A stretch of 64,000 nt of DNA from an uncultured Alphaproteobacteria bacterium (GCA_963795825.1 CAWCIW010000002.1:164799-228798); one strand, 5' to 3'; positions 19,254-29,667 are shown, counted from the stretch's first letter. Notes: generated by a model from the letters alone, not told the origin. Made by a program: numbers and translations.

Positions 19254-20441
19254 TCAGGCCGACTGGATAGCGGTGATCGTGCTATCAGGCACGCCGCCGA
19301 AATTGTTGGCGACGAGATATTTCGGCGCGGTCTCGATCCAGTGCTTCAGCGTGATTTCCTGGAATTTGCCGGCATTCCAGGTCTGCAGCACCTCCAGGTC
19401 CTCGGTGCCGGTGTTCATGATCGCGTGGCCGTAGCCGGCCGGGATGTAGGCCGAGTCACCCGGCTTCACGTCCGACATCTTGCCGCGGCCGCCGGAGCCG
19501 AACATCGCGACCTGCCCCGTGCCCTTCAGGTAATACTGGAACTCGTCGGCGTTCGGGTTCCAGTGCAGCTCCTTCATCTTGCCGGGCTTGATGCGCATCA
19601 GGGCGCCGGACATCGTGGTCGAAATCGGCCACTCGTCGACGGAGGCGAGATAAAAATCGCCGCCGTCGAAGTCCCGCCGCGCATGGACGTCGTTCAGCAG
19701 CGCGAATTTGTGCGTCGATTCCTTCGGCCAGGGCGCGTCCTTCGCCTGCGAGGCCAGCAGGATCTGGCCTGCCTGTATGTAGGTCTCGCCTTTCGGGAAC
19801 GGCTCGAACAGAGCGGGTGCTAGGCCGAAATTCCGCGCCAGCATGTCCTTTGGCGTGAGGTTCACCCAGTCGCTGATCGAGAACGTGCCGTGTTCGGAGA
19901 ACGCGCCGTTGTCGAACGAGAGGATGAAGTGGCACGGTTTGTCGCCGATCGTCTGGATCGAGTGGCCGTGGCCGCGCGGGAAGAACCACAGATCGCCCGG
20001 GCCATAATTGTTGATCTCGGTCTGGCCGGACGGATCGAGCACCACGGTCTGGCAATGGCCGCCGATCACATACGCCCACTCGGCCGCGATGGCGTGCCAG
20101 TGCAGCTCGCGCGAGGCGCCGGGATCGAGAAACATGTGGACGCCGGCCAGACCTTTCATGATCGGCATCTGGTGTTCGGTGGATTCCTTGGCCCAGCCGC
20201 CGGACGTGATCTTCGGCTTGGAGCCGTCCAGCGAACGCACGAAATCCGGCATCTCGGCCACGTCTTTCGGGTCGTGGTAGGCGACCTGCGCGCCTGGTGC
20301 GAGCTGCTGTACGTCGCGGCCGAAGCCACCCTGGCCAGGTTGTCCCTTGTCGGTGGTCTCTGCCTGCGCCTTGGTGGCCAGGGCCATCAGGCCGCCCGCG
20401 CCGAGTGCGGCGGTGCTGAGGAAAATACGTCTGGATGCCAT
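19254..20441 (-). CDS. Oxalate decarboxylase-family bicupin with Tat signal
   Basis: SRRIFL Tat motif; GGWAKE, RELHWH, GHSIQ, FSEHGTF, KELHWNPNADE. Confidence 0.87.
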   Translation of the reverse strand: MASRRIFLSTAALGAGGLMALATKAQAETTDKGQPGQGGFGRDVQQLAPGAQVAYHDPKDVAEMPDFVRSLDGSKPKITSGGWAKESTEHQMPIMKGLAGVHMFLDPGASRELHWHAIAAEWAYVIGGHCQTVVLDPSGQTEINNYGPGDLWFFPRGHGHSIQTIGDKPCHFILSFDNGAFSEHGTFSISDWVNLTPKDMLARNFGLAPALFEPFPKGETYIQAGQILLASQAKDAPWPKESTHKFALLNDVHARRDFDGGDFYLASVDEWPISTTMSGALMRIKPGKMKELHWNPNADEFQYYLKGTGQVAMFGSGGRGKMSDVKPGDSAYIPAGYGHAIMNTGTEDLEVLQTWNAGKFQEITLKHWIETAPKYLVANNFGGVPDSTITAIQSA

Positions 20442-20576
20442 GGGCGTCCTCCTGTTTCGCCGCATATGCCGGCGCTGCGCGGGCGCCTCGGGCGCTACCA
20501 GGAATTGGGGTAGCTCCCCGATCCTGGTAGCCCCTTACTAGATCGTTGGGCGCGGGCCGCCAAGGCCCGCGTCGCG

Positions 20577-21674
20577 TTACGGGGTATATACGCCGATGCA
20601 GCCGTTCGGGCAGACGGTGTTGCTGGCGCCCGCCGTCAACGGCAGGAACACCTCGTTGTTGATCGGATCGACGGCGACGGAATGGGAGTTCGTCGAGGTC
20701 GGGATTGCGCTCACGAGGCTGAGCGTGGCGGCGTCGATGATGCCCAGAACCGGACCGCTGGCGTTGTTGCGGGCCGCGAGCTGGTAGGTTTGGTTGGTCG
20801 GATCATACGACACCTCGTCGGACCCGCCGACGCTGAAGGTGGCCAACACGCGCCCGCTCATCGTGTTGATGACTTGCGTGGGCAGCCCGGGGGCGGCCGT
20901 CGTGTTGGCGACGCTGCAGCCGAGCAGCAATTGCTGGCGTGGGCCGAGCGCCGCGCCGTTCGGCTGGCAGTTGGTGACGGGCAGCTCGCCGGTGACGCGA
21001 CGCAATACCGGATCGATGATCGCGATCTTGCCGTTCTTCTGGTTCGGCCCGACCTGCGGGATGCTGACGTAGAACACCCCGCGGCGTGGGTCGAACACCG
21101 GCTGCTCGATACCGTTGGTGGCGCGCGGGAAGCTGATCTTCTTGAGTATCTGGCGGTAGCCGTCCGGAGTGTAGATCAGCGTGACGAAAGGCGGGGTGTC
21201 GGCGTCGTTCACCACCGCGACGATGTGGTCGTTCGGGTCGTAGCCGATCGAGTCCGCGCGCGCCGTGCCGCCTGTCGAGATCGTCTGGACCACGAGCAGC
21301 GAGCGTTCGTCGATGATCTTGACGGTGCTGTTGCCATCGCCTGCCCAGACGTAACCGTCGCCGGTCGGCTGGCTGCCGTCCGGGCCGGCGAGGTTGTTGT
21401 TGCCGCCAGCCGGGCCTACGAACCCGCCGACCTGGCCGATGACGCGTCGCGCGTTGATGTCGATGACGTCGAGTGCGTTGTTGGAGCGGTCGGTCAGGAA
21501 GTACAGGCCGAGCTTGGGGTCCACAGAACTGATGTCGTAGGACGCGAGCGGGTTGCCGGGGACCGGTATCGTGGCGGTGAGTTTATAGGATGGTGGTGCG
21601 GCGATGGCAGGCGCGGCAGCGAGCAGGCCGGCGGCGCAGGCCAGGCCCGCGAGTGTTATCGTTGGTAGGCGCAT
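20577..21674 (-). CDS. Secreted YncE-like beta-propeller protein
   Basis: Signal peptide; YDISSVD, AGDGNSTVKIID, RADSIGYDP, SHSVAVD. Confidence 0.72.
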   Translation of the reverse strand: MRLPTITLAGLACAAGLLAAAPAIAAPPSYKLTATIPVPGNPLASYDISSVDPKLGLYFLTDRSNNALDVIDINARRVIGQVGGFVGPAGGNNNLAGPDGSQPTGDGYVWAGDGNSTVKIIDERSLLVVQTISTGGTARADSIGYDPNDHIVAVVNDADTPPFVTLIYTPDGYRQILKKISFPRATNGIEQPVFDPRRGVFYVSIPQVGPNQKNGKIAIIDPVLRRVTGELPVTNCQPNGAALGPRQQLLLGCSVANTTAAPGLPTQVINTMSGRVLATFSVGGSDEVSYDPTNQTYQLAARNNASGPVLGIIDAATLSLVSAIPTSTNSHSVAVDPINNEVFLPLTAGASNTVCPNGCIGVYTP

Positions 21675-21806
21675 GATCGTCTCTCCCTCAATGGCGTTTG
21701 CGCCGGTTGGGTCCAACGCTTGCCTGAGTGAAAACCTTGGAGAATAGGCGAGGTTTCCGGAAATATTGCCGCGGATACCAACGCGTTTGGGGCTGACTTG
21801 ACGGCA

Positions 21807-21983
21807 GCAAGGAAGGCCTTCTTTTTCGAGAAAAAGAAGCAAAAAGCTTTTGCTCCGACGCCTGCACGACGATTTGGCTGATACTGCAGCCGCATCGACT
21901 TGCAATGCGGGAGCAAGCCCTTGTGCAAGCGTTGGAGCAAGAGCTTTTTGGTCGTTTTTCTCGAAAAAGGGCTACTTTCTTGC
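21807..21983. repeat. Palindromic repeat family, full element, long core, right arm diverged
   Basis: Inverted arms flank a GCCTGCAC...GTGCAAGC core. Confidence 0.93.
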
Positions 21984-22024
21984 GTGCCTAGGATGCGTCA
22001 ACCTTGATTGGTATTACCCGGCGC

Positions 22025-23035
22025 TCAGGGCTGCCCGGACCCGCCGGCCGCGCCGTATACCTGCCCGGTCGCATAGCTCGCGGACGCATCGGCCAATTGC
22101 ACGTAGATGCCGGCCAACTCCGCCGGCTGCCCGGCGCGCCCCATCGGCGTCTTGGCCCCGAACGCCTCCAGCTTGGACTGCGGGGCGCCACCGCTCACCT
22201 GCAGCGGCGTCCAGATCGGGCCGGGCGCCACGCCGTTCACCCGTATGCCGCGCGGGGCGAGCTGCTTGGCCAGCGACTTCACGAAGTTCATCGTGGCCGC
22301 CTTGGTCTGCGCGTAATCGTAGAGCTCCGGCGTGGGGTCGTAGGCCTGTTCGGACGTGGTGGCGATGATGCAGGCGCCGGGCGGCAGATGCGGCAGCGCC
22401 GCCTTGATGATCCAGAACGGCGCGTAGATGTTGGTCTTCATCGTCCAGTCGAACTGCTCGGTGGAGATGTCCAGTATCGAGGCGTGCGCCTGCTGGCGGC
22501 CGGCGTTGCTGACGATGATGTCCAGCCCGCCGAGACTGCTGAGCGCGGTGGCGACGAGGTGCTGGCAGAACGCCTCCTCGCGCAGGTCGCCGGGGATCGC
22601 GACCGCGCGGCGGCCGGCCTGCTGGATCAGCGCTACCACCTCGCGGGCGTCCGGCTCCTCGTAGGGCAGGTAGTTGATCGCCACGTCCGCACCTTCGCGG
22701 GCGAACGCGATGGCGGCGGCGCGGCCCATGCCTGAGTCGCCGCCGGTGATCAGCGCGCGGCGGCCGGCCAGGCGCCCGGAGCCCTTGTAGCTGGTCTCGC
22801 CGTGGTCCGGCTTGGGGGTCATCTTGCCGGCGAGGCCTGGCCAGGGCTGCGACTGCCCGGGGTAGGGCGGCTTCGGGTAGGCGCTGCGCGGGTCGATCAG
22901 CGGCCTGGCCGGCGTCTCCGCAGCGACGGGCGCTGCGCTCTGGGCGAGTGCCGGGCCGGCGGCGGCCACGGCCAGGCCAAGGCCGGCGCCGCTGACCATC
23001 TTGCGGCGGGACAGGTTGTTCTCGTTGGTGTCCAT
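22025..23035 (-). CDS. SDR oxidoreductase (YghA-like) with twin-arginine N-terminus
   Basis: PDHGETSYKGSGRL, ITGGDSGMG, YAQTK, VAPGPIWTPLQ; N-terminal LSRRKMV. Confidence 0.92.
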   Translation of the reverse strand: MDTNENNLSRRKMVSGAGLGLAVAAAGPALAQSAAPVAAETPARPLIDPRSAYPKPPYPGQSQPWPGLAGKMTPKPDHGETSYKGSGRLAGRRALITGGDSGMGRAAAIAFAREGADVAINYLPYEEPDAREVVALIQQAGRRAVAIPGDLREEAFCQHLVATALSSLGGLDIIVSNAGRQQAHASILDISTEQFDWTMKTNIYAPFWIIKAALPHLPPGACIIATTSEQAYDPTPELYDYAQTKAATMNFVKSLAKQLAPRGIRVNGVAPGPIWTPLQVSGGAPQSKLEAFGAKTPMGRAGQPAELAGIYVQLADASASYATGQVYGAAGGSGQP

Positions 23036-23507
23036 CGGGGGTGGTGCTCCTTCTCGGCGCGTCAAAGCCGTTCGGGGCGGTGCGGGTTGCGTCACTGATC
23101 TGCGACCGGCCTGGTCGGCCGGCCCGACGCCCGCGCAGAAAAGTTTCACATACGTTCTTTTTACGTTTGCGTTCTGTTCTCATTTCTGCCAAACAGGGTT
23201 CACCGAAACGGAGTTCTTTGTAGGTGCACCAAGTGGGACCACACCGCCTTCTCAGGCGGGCCCGCTAAGCTACTAGACACTGAGAATGCTCAATGGCTGC
23301 GTTGGATTGAGTTGCTGTCTTGTTGGTTCGAGAAAACCAAACTGAACCCCGTCTTCCGCCGTGCCTGAACTGCCGAAATAGTTAACGTCGAGATGTTGCA
23401 AGGAACAAACGCAATACATAATCTTATTTAACGATACACTAACAAAACATATTGATTGCCTGTTTGCGCCAGATTAGGTTCGGGATCGTTCTTCGACGAG
23501 ACCGGAA

Positions 23508-23774
23508 ATGCCTGAACACAGCTTGCGTCCGCAAAAACACCAGCCTTCCGCAAGGCAGAAGCATTACTGTTCGATGGCCAGCAAGATGCTTGCGGCCGCC
23601 GATCTCTGTGCCGCGGAAGGCGACCGGAAATCGGTGATCTGCCTGATCGACCAGGCCTACACGTATTTCGACACGATGGAAAAGCAGACGAAGACGCCGC
23701 GGTCGTTGTCGTTCAGGGGCAATGCGCGGGTTTGCAGTGCGATACGGGATATCGGGTCGCTCTGGGCGATCTGA
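23508..23774 (+). CDS. Small hypothetical protein (start uncertain)
   Basis: 88-aa ORF filling the gap after an AT-rich region; 3' half has plausible codon usage; no family recognised. Confidence 0.4.
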   Translation: MPEHSLRPQKHQPSARQKHYCSMASKMLAAADLCAAEGDRKSVICLIDQAYTYFDTMEKQTKTPRSLSFRGNARVCSAIRDIGSLWAI

Positions 23775-23776
23775 GC

Positions 23777-23958
23777 GAAGGAAGAAAGTAGTCCTTTTTC
23801 GAGAAAAAGGACCAAAAAGCTTTTGCTCCTGGCGCCTGCACAAAGATACGGGCTTTGACTGCAGGCGTATCGACTTGCAGAATGAACGTAGGTTTCCATG
23901 CAGGCGTCATAGCAAAAGCTTTTTGGTCCTTTTTCTCGAAAAAGGACTGCTTTCTTCC
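23777..23958. repeat. Palindromic repeat family, full element, long core
   Basis: Two GTCC-type arms; GCCTGCA...TGCAGGC. Confidence 0.95.
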
Positions 23959-23967
23959 CTGCAAGCG

Positions 23968-24342
23968 TCAAAACCCAGCGCAAGCCTCCGCCACCGCGAT
24001 CCCCACCGAGCGCTGCCGGAACCGCGCCCGATACACCGCCGCTACGCTTTCCGCCCGCGGCAGCGTCCCCGCCCCGAACACCTGCACCACCCGCGTGCGC
24101 TCGCGCACCAGCGCCCCCGTTGCGGTGTCGCGCCACTGGCCGGACGCCGCATAGGTCGTGAACCCGTCCGGAAAAGCCGGCGTCAGGGTGGCGGCCGCGA
24201 ACTCGGCCCAATCGGCATCGGACAGGCTGCCGCCGAAGAACATCTGCACGCCGTCCATACGCGCCAGCCCGGAAGGGCAGCCGCGCACACAGCCGCCCAG
24301 CGCCAGCATGGCCAGCCCGGCGGCCAGCAATTTTGCCTTCAT
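23968..24342 (-). CDS. DUF3574-family lipoprotein
   Basis: Lipobox LGGC; FPDGFT..ASGQWRD; YRARFRQRSV. Confidence 0.85.
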   Translation of the reverse strand: MKAKLLAAGLAMLALGGCVRGCPSGLARMDGVQMFFGGSLSDADWAEFAAATLTPAFPDGFTTYAASGQWRDTATGALVRERTRVVQVFGAGTLPRAESVAAVYRARFRQRSVGIAVAEACAGF

Positions 24343-24458
24343 TGCCCTGCACATGTCGCGCGTTGACCCCATTGTAGCAGCATCCTATCAACGCTGCGCT
24401 GCACACAAGATCAACGCCGCGCCCGGCCGCCGAACATCCGGCAGGAGTTTGCCGACAC

Positions 24459-24899
24459 ATGACCGACATACGCGACGCCCTGCTGGTCGCCCGCAACACA
24501 GAAGCAAAGCTGATACGCCGGCCGGTTTCGCCGCATATCGGCATCTATCGCTGGCCGATCACCATGGTGGCCTCGATACTCAACCGCGCCACCGGAATCG
24601 CGCTGTCTGTGGGCTCGCTTCTGCTGGTGTGGTGGCTGGTCGCCGCCGCCGGCGGGCCGCAGGCGTTCGCCAAGGTGCAGGCGTTCATCGCCTCGCCGGT
24701 GGGCCTGGTGTTGCTGCTCGGCTGGACCGCCTCGCTGTTCTACCATTTTTTCAGCGGCATGCGGCATCTGGTGTGGGACACCGGGCGCGGCCTGTCCAAG
24801 CCGAGCCTCAACCCGATGACGTGGGTGATCCTCGGGCTGACCGCTCTGTGCACCGCCGGCGTGTGGGTTGCCGGCTACGTCACCATGGTTGGAGGCTGA
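24459..24899 (+). CDS. sdhC: Succinate dehydrogenase cytochrome b556 subunit
   Basis: RPVSPHIGIY, SILNRATG, YHFFSGMRHLVWD. Confidence 0.95.
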   Translation: MTDIRDALLVARNTEAKLIRRPVSPHIGIYRWPITMVASILNRATGIALSVGSLLLVWWLVAAAGGPQAFAKVQAFIASPVGLVLLLGWTASLFYHFFSGMRHLVWDTGRGLSKPSLNPMTWVILGLTALCTAGVWVAGYVTMVGG

Positions 24900-24903
24900 T
24901 CGT

Positions 24904-25344
24904 ATGGCGGGGCAGAACACCACAGGCGCGCCGGTCTCCGGCAAGGGGGCCGCGCAGGTCACCATCATGCGCAGCCAGCTGGGCCGCGTGCGTGGCAGCG
25001 GCCCGGCCCATGCCGGCGCGCATCACTGGAAGGCGGAGCGCGTCACCGCGATCGCGCTGGTGCCGCTCACCGTGTGGTTCGTGATCGCCGTACTCAGCCA
25101 TCTCGGCGCCGAACAGCCGGTGATCGCCGCCTGGGCCGCCCAGCCCTGGAACGCGGCGCTGCTGCTGGCGCTGATCGCGATGAACTTCCACCACATGCAT
25201 CTGGGCTTGCAGGTGGTCTGGGAGGACTACATTCATAACATCCCACGGCGCGAGGCCGTGATCCTTGCCACGAGGGGCGCTTGCCTGCTGCTCGGCCTGC
25301 TGGCCGTGGTCGCGGTGCTGAAGCTCGCCACCGCGGCGCACTGA
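24904..25344 (+). CDS. sdhD: Succinate dehydrogenase membrane anchor
   Basis: HHWKAERVTAIAL, HMHLGLQVVWEDY. Confidence 0.95.
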   Translation: MAGQNTTGAPVSGKGAAQVTIMRSQLGRVRGSGPAHAGAHHWKAERVTAIALVPLTVWFVIAVLSHLGAEQPVIAAWAAQPWNAALLLALIAMNFHHMHLGLQVVWEDYIHNIPRREAVILATRGACLLLGLLAVVAVLKLATAAH

Positions 25345-25359
25345 AGGCGGGCCGAACCC

Positions 25360-27171
25360 ATGAACGCCATCTCCAAGCCATCGCACGGCGCCTATACCGT
25401 GATCGACCACACCTACGACGTGGTGGTGGTGGGCGCCGGCGGGTCCGGCCTGCGCGCCACGCTCGGCACCGGGGCGGCCGGGCTGAAAACCGCCTGCCTG
25501 ACCAAGGTGTTCCCCACCCGGTCGCACACCGTGGCGGCCCAGGGCGGCATCGGCGCCTCGCTCGGCAATATGGGCGAGGACGACTGGCGCTGGCACATGT
25601 ACGACACCGTGAAGGGGTCCGACTGGCTAGGCGACCAGGACGCCATCGAATATATGTGCCGCGAGGCGGCGCCCGCGGTGTACGAGCTCGAACATTACGG
25701 CATGCCGTTCAGCCGCACCGAGGACGGCAAGATCTACCAGCGGCCGTTCGGCGGCCACATGAAGGATTACGGCAAGGAGCCGGCCCAGCGCGCCTGTGCG
25801 GCCGCCGACAGCACCGGCCACGCCATGCTCCACACGCTCTACCAGCAATGCCTGAAGCACGAGGTGGAGTTCTTCATCGAGTTCATCGCCCTCGACCTGA
25901 TCATGGACGATGAGGGCGTGTGCCGCGGTGTCACCGCCTGGTGCCTGGAGGACGGCACCATCCACAGGTTCCGCGCCCAGCTGGTGATCCTGGCCACCGG
26001 CGGCTACGGCCGCGCGTATCTCTCCTGCACCAGCGCGCACACCTGCACCGGCGATGGCGGCGGCATGGCGATGCGCGCCGGCTTGCCGACGCAGGACATG
26101 GAGTTCGTGCAGTTCCACCCGACCGGCATCTTTCCGGCCGGCTGTCTGATCACCGAGGGTGCCCGCGGCGAGGGCGGCTACCTGACAAATTCCGAGGGCG
26201 AGCGCTTCATGGAGCGCTACGCGCCGACAGCGAAGGACTTGGCCTCGCGCGACGTGGTCAGCCGCTCGATGACGATCGAGATCAACGAGGGCAGGGGCGT
26301 CGGCCCCAACAAGGACCACATCCTGCTGCATCTGGAGCATCTGGGCGCCGACCTGCTGCATGAGCGCCTGCCTGGCATCAGCGAGACCGCGCGTGTGTTC
26401 GCGGGCGTGGACGTGAACAAGTCGCCGATCCCGGTGCTGCCGACGGTGCATTACAACATGGGCGGCATACCCACGAACTTCCGCGGCGAGGTGATCAACC
26501 CCACGCGCAATAATCCAGACGCGACCGTGCCCGGCCTGATGGCGGTGGGCGAGGCGGCCTGCGTGTCCGTGCACGGGGCGAACCGGCTCGGCACCAACTC
26601 GCTGCTCGACCTGGTGGTGTTCGGCCGCGCGGCCGGCCACCGCGCCGCCGAGATTGTGACGCCAGGCGCCAGCCAGGCGCCGTTGCCGCCGCGCGCCGGC
26701 GAGGCCAGCCTGGATCGCTTCGACTGGACGCGGCACGCCGCCGGCGCCACGCCGGTCAGCCATCTGCGCGACACCCTGCAGCGCACGATGCAGCGCCACG
26801 CCGCGGTGTTCCGCGACAGCCAGAGCCTGACAGAAGGCGTCCACAAAATGACCAACCTCTGGGGCGGGCTGTCGGACATGTCGGTGAGCGATCGCAGCCT
26901 GATCTGGAATTCGGATCTGGTAGAGGCGCTCGAGTTGCAGAACCTGGTGCGCAACGCGGCCGCCACGATGGCGAGCGCCGAGGCCCGCAAGGAGAGCCGC
27001 GGCGCCCAGGCGCATGACGATTTCCCGGACCGCGACGACGCGGAGTGGATGAAGCATTCGCTAAGCTATGTCGGCGACAATGGCGAAGTGGCGCTCGGCT
27101 ACCGGCCGGTGCGCATGCAGACGCTGACCAACGAGGTCCAGGTATTCCCGCCCAAGAAGCGGGTTTACTGA
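25360..27171 (+). CDS. sdhA: Succinate dehydrogenase flavoprotein
   Basis: [30 protein letters not shown]. Confidence 0.98.
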   Translation: MNAISKPSHGAYTVIDHTYDVVVVGAGGSGLRATLGTGAAGLKTACLTKVFPTRSHTVAAQGGIGASLGNMGEDDWRWHMYDTVKGSDWLGDQDAIEYMCREAAPAVYELEHYGMPFSRTEDGKIYQRPFGGHMKDYGKEPAQRACAAADSTGHAMLHTLYQQCLKHEVEFFIEFIALDLIMDDEGVCRGVTAWCLEDGTIHRFRAQLVILATGGYGRAYLSCTSAHTCTGDGGGMAMRAGLPTQDMEFVQFHPTGIFPAGCLITEGARGEGGYLTNSEGERFMERYAPTAKDLASRDVVSRSMTIEINEGRGVGPNKDHILLHLEHLGADLLHERLPGISETARVFAGVDVNKSPIPVLPTVHYNMGGIPTNFRGEVINPTRNNPDATVPGLMAVGEAACVSVHGANRLGTNSLLDLVVFGRAAGHRAAEIVTPGASQAPLPPRAGEASLDRFDWTRHAAGATPVSHLRDTLQRTMQRHAAVFRDSQSLTEGVHKMTNLWGGLSDMSVSDRSLIWNSDLVEALELQNLVRNAAATMASAEARKESRGAQAHDDFPDRDDAEWMKHSLSYVGDNGEVALGYRPVRMQTLTNEVQVFPPKKRVY

Positions 27172-27197
27172 CCGTTAGATGACTGGAACCTGACAGA

Positions 27198-27980
27198 ATG
27201 GTCGAGCTGACGCTCCCCAAGAACAGCCGCGTCGGTCGCGGGCGCACTTACCCGAAGCCGGAAGGGGCGGTGCGCACCAAGGAGTTCCGCATTTATCGCT
27301 GGAACCCCGATGATGGCCAGAACCCGGTCATCGACACCTACACGCTCGATCTCGACCGCGTGGGCCCGATGGTGCTCGACGCGCTGATCTACATAAAGAA
27401 CGAAATCGACCCGACGCTCACCTTCCGCCGCTCCTGCCGTGAAGGCATCTGCGGCTCCTGCGCGATGAACATCGACGGCGGCAACACGCTGGCCTGCCTG
27501 AAGCCGACTGCCGAAGTGAAGAGCGCGGTCACCATCTACCCGCTGCCGCATATGCCGGTGATCAAGGATCTGGTGCCGGATTTATCCACGGCCTACGCGC
27601 AGTTGCAGTCGATCCAGCCCTGGCTGCAGGCCGACAGCCCCGCCCCGCCGGACGGCGAGCGCCTGCAGTCGCGCGAGGAGCGCGCCAAGCTGGACGGGAT
27701 GTGGGAGTGCATCCTGTGCTACTGCTGCACCACCGCCTGCCCCAGCTACTGGTGGAACGGCGACAAGTATCTTGGGCCGGCCACCTTACTCGCGGCGTAT
27801 CGGTGGATCGCCGATAGTCGCGATGAGAATACCGGGGCGCGACTGGATGCGCTTGAAGATCCCTTTAAGCTCTATCGCTGTCATACGATCATGAATTGCA
27901 CGCAGACCTGTCCGAAGGGGCTTAATCCGGCGCAGGCTATTCAGGAGATCAAGTCTATGATCGCTGAGCGGCAGGGTTAG
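27198..27980 (+). CDS. sdhB: Succinate dehydrogenase iron-sulfur subunit
   Basis: [36 protein letters not shown]. Confidence 0.98.
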   Translation: MVELTLPKNSRVGRGRTYPKPEGAVRTKEFRIYRWNPDDGQNPVIDTYTLDLDRVGPMVLDALIYIKNEIDPTLTFRRSCREGICGSCAMNIDGGNTLACLKPTAEVKSAVTIYPLPHMPVIKDLVPDLSTAYAQLQSIQPWLQADSPAPPDGERLQSREERAKLDGMWECILCYCCTTACPSYWWNGDKYLGPATLLAAYRWIADSRDENTGARLDALEDPFKLYRCHTIMNCTQTCPKGLNPAQAIQEIKSMIAERQG

Positions 27981-28042
27981 GCAAGTTAGCAAAGCCTTCT
28001 TTTTTGCAAAAAAGAAGCAAAAAACTTTTGGTCCGCTGTCGC
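27981..28042. repeat. Palindromic repeat family, solo left arm directly after the sdhB stop
   Basis: GCAAGTTAGCAAAGCCTTCTTTTTTGCAAAAAAGAAGCAAAAAACTTTTGG. Confidence 0.9.
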
Positions 28043-28052
28043 GGGAGCCTGC

Positions 28053-28715
28053 ATGTTTTCGGGTGAGCTGGTTGATCGGCGGCGGGTTGCCAGGGCTTGG
28101 AGCGACTCGCTTCTTGTCGATCATGCGGCGTTTCGGGTGTTTTGGGATAACCTGGCCGAGGTGGTTCCCGGGCGGCTGTATCGTTCCAATCATCCTACGC
28201 CCGGGCGGCTGGCCTCGCTTACCCGGCGGCTCGGGCTCAAGACGCTCGTGAACTTGCGCGGCCATCGGCAGTGCGGCTCGGACGCCCTCTCGCGCCGCGC
28301 CGCCGCCCGCCTCGGGCTCGACCATATCGACATGGCGTTCGAATCCCGCGGCGCGCCGCACCGCGACCGCATCCTCCGTTTCGCCGGTCTTTACGCCACC
28401 CTGCAAACGCCGGCTTTGATGCACTGCAAATCCGGCGCCGACCGGGCCGGCCTCGCGTCCGGCCTGGCCATCCTCTTCGAAGGCGGTACCGCCGCCCAGG
28501 CATTGGCGCAGCTCTCCTGGCGGTTCGGCCATTTCAGCCGTTCCCGCACCGGTATCCTGGACGCGTTCTTTCGCCTGTATCAGACCACCGCCGAAGGCCG
28601 TCTGGGCTTCATCGATTGGGTCACCACCGAATACGACGAGGTCGCGCTGCGACGCAGCTTCCAGGCGGGCGCGGCCGCAAGCTTCGTCAACGATGCGATC
28701 TTGCGTCGCGAGTAA
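28053..28715 (+). CDS. Tyrosine/dual-specificity phosphatase family protein
   Basis: LYRSNHP, VNLRG, HCKSGADRAG (CX5R). Confidence 0.9.
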   Translation: MFSGELVDRRRVARAWSDSLLVDHAAFRVFWDNLAEVVPGRLYRSNHPTPGRLASLTRRLGLKTLVNLRGHRQCGSDALSRRAAARLGLDHIDMAFESRGAPHRDRILRFAGLYATLQTPALMHCKSGADRAGLASGLAILFEGGTAAQALAQLSWRFGHFSRSRTGILDAFFRLYQTTAEGRLGFIDWVTTEYDEVALRRSFQAGAAASFVNDAILRRE

Positions 28716-28813
28716 CGCAGCCGTGTCTCTTTATTAACACTTTGTCTCGCATAATGAGGTAAAACTCCACGCGTAGTCTCGGGAATGTCTCCCGGTTGCG
28801 CCAGGAGTGTTCC

Positions 28814-29446
28814 GTGTCCCTTGATCCCTGCGTGCCGCTCGCCCCGCATATCATCGCCGCGCACGCGTCGCGCCCCCTGCACCGTCTGTCGCACCACGTG
28901 GGCGCCCGCCATTTCCGCCGGCTGCATCACGCGCATTCCGGTGTTGCGACGGCAACGACGCCTGCCGAAACCTGTGGCAAACATTTCGCGGCGGGCCAGC
29001 CGGGCGTCCTGGCTGCCCGCCCGACCGACGGCGCGCCCCTCCTGGCCCCGGCCGGCGGCAAGGCGGTGGGCGCAAAGCTGGCGGCCGGCGGAGTGGGCTC
29101 GCTGCTGGCGGCCGCTACTGTCGTCGGGGCATTGGCGATGCCGGCCGGTGGTTTCGGCGGCGGTGGTGCGGGGCTGACCTCGCGTGGCGGCGGCTCGGGC
29201 CTGGTATCGGGGGCCGTGCCGGGCGGTGGGATTTCAACGCCTGCCGGTGGCTTACCATATGGTCCCGGCGTGTCAGTCTTGACGCCGCTGTCGCCGCCGC
29301 CCGCGACGCCCGCCGTTGTCGGCTTGCCGACCGGCGCGGCCATCGGAACGCCGGTCCCGGAGCCATCCAGCCTGGCGTTACTGGGTGGTTTTGCGAGCGT
29401 GATCGTAGCGATTCAGCTGTTCCGGAAACGCGCGTTGCTTTGGTAA
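28814..29446 (+). CDS. PEP-CTERM sorting-domain protein, Gly/Pro-rich
   Basis: AGGAG then GTG start; C-terminal VPEPSSLALL + TM helix + RKR. Confidence 0.8.
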   Translation: MSLDPCVPLAPHIIAAHASRPLHRLSHHVGARHFRRLHHAHSGVATATTPAETCGKHFAAGQPGVLAARPTDGAPLLAPAGGKAVGAKLAAGGVGSLLAAATVVGALAMPAGGFGGGGAGLTSRGGGSGLVSGAVPGGGISTPAGGLPYGPGVSVLTPLSPPPATPAVVGLPTGAAIGTPVPEPSSLALLGGFASVIVAIQLFRKRALLW

Positions 29447-29577
29447 TCTGATCGTTACGCCATGCCGACGTTACACACGCAAACCGAAAAGCAGCGAAGC
29501 TGAGCTGCGCAATCGATACGTCCCCTCTGGGCAAGCGCAAGCCGGGTAGACCGCACAGAGCGTCAATGCAACGGGAG

Positions 29578-29632
29578 AAGCAAAAGTTTTTTGGTCCTTT
29601 TTTTCAAAAAAGGACTGCTTTCTTACTTACTT
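29578..29632. repeat. Palindromic repeat family, solo right arm
   Basis: CAAAAGTTTTTTGGTCCTTTTTTTCAAAAAAGGACTGCTTTCTTACTTACTT. Confidence 0.9.
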
Positions 29633-29667
29633 CCCCCCGTGCGCCACGCACAAACAAACGCCCAAAA

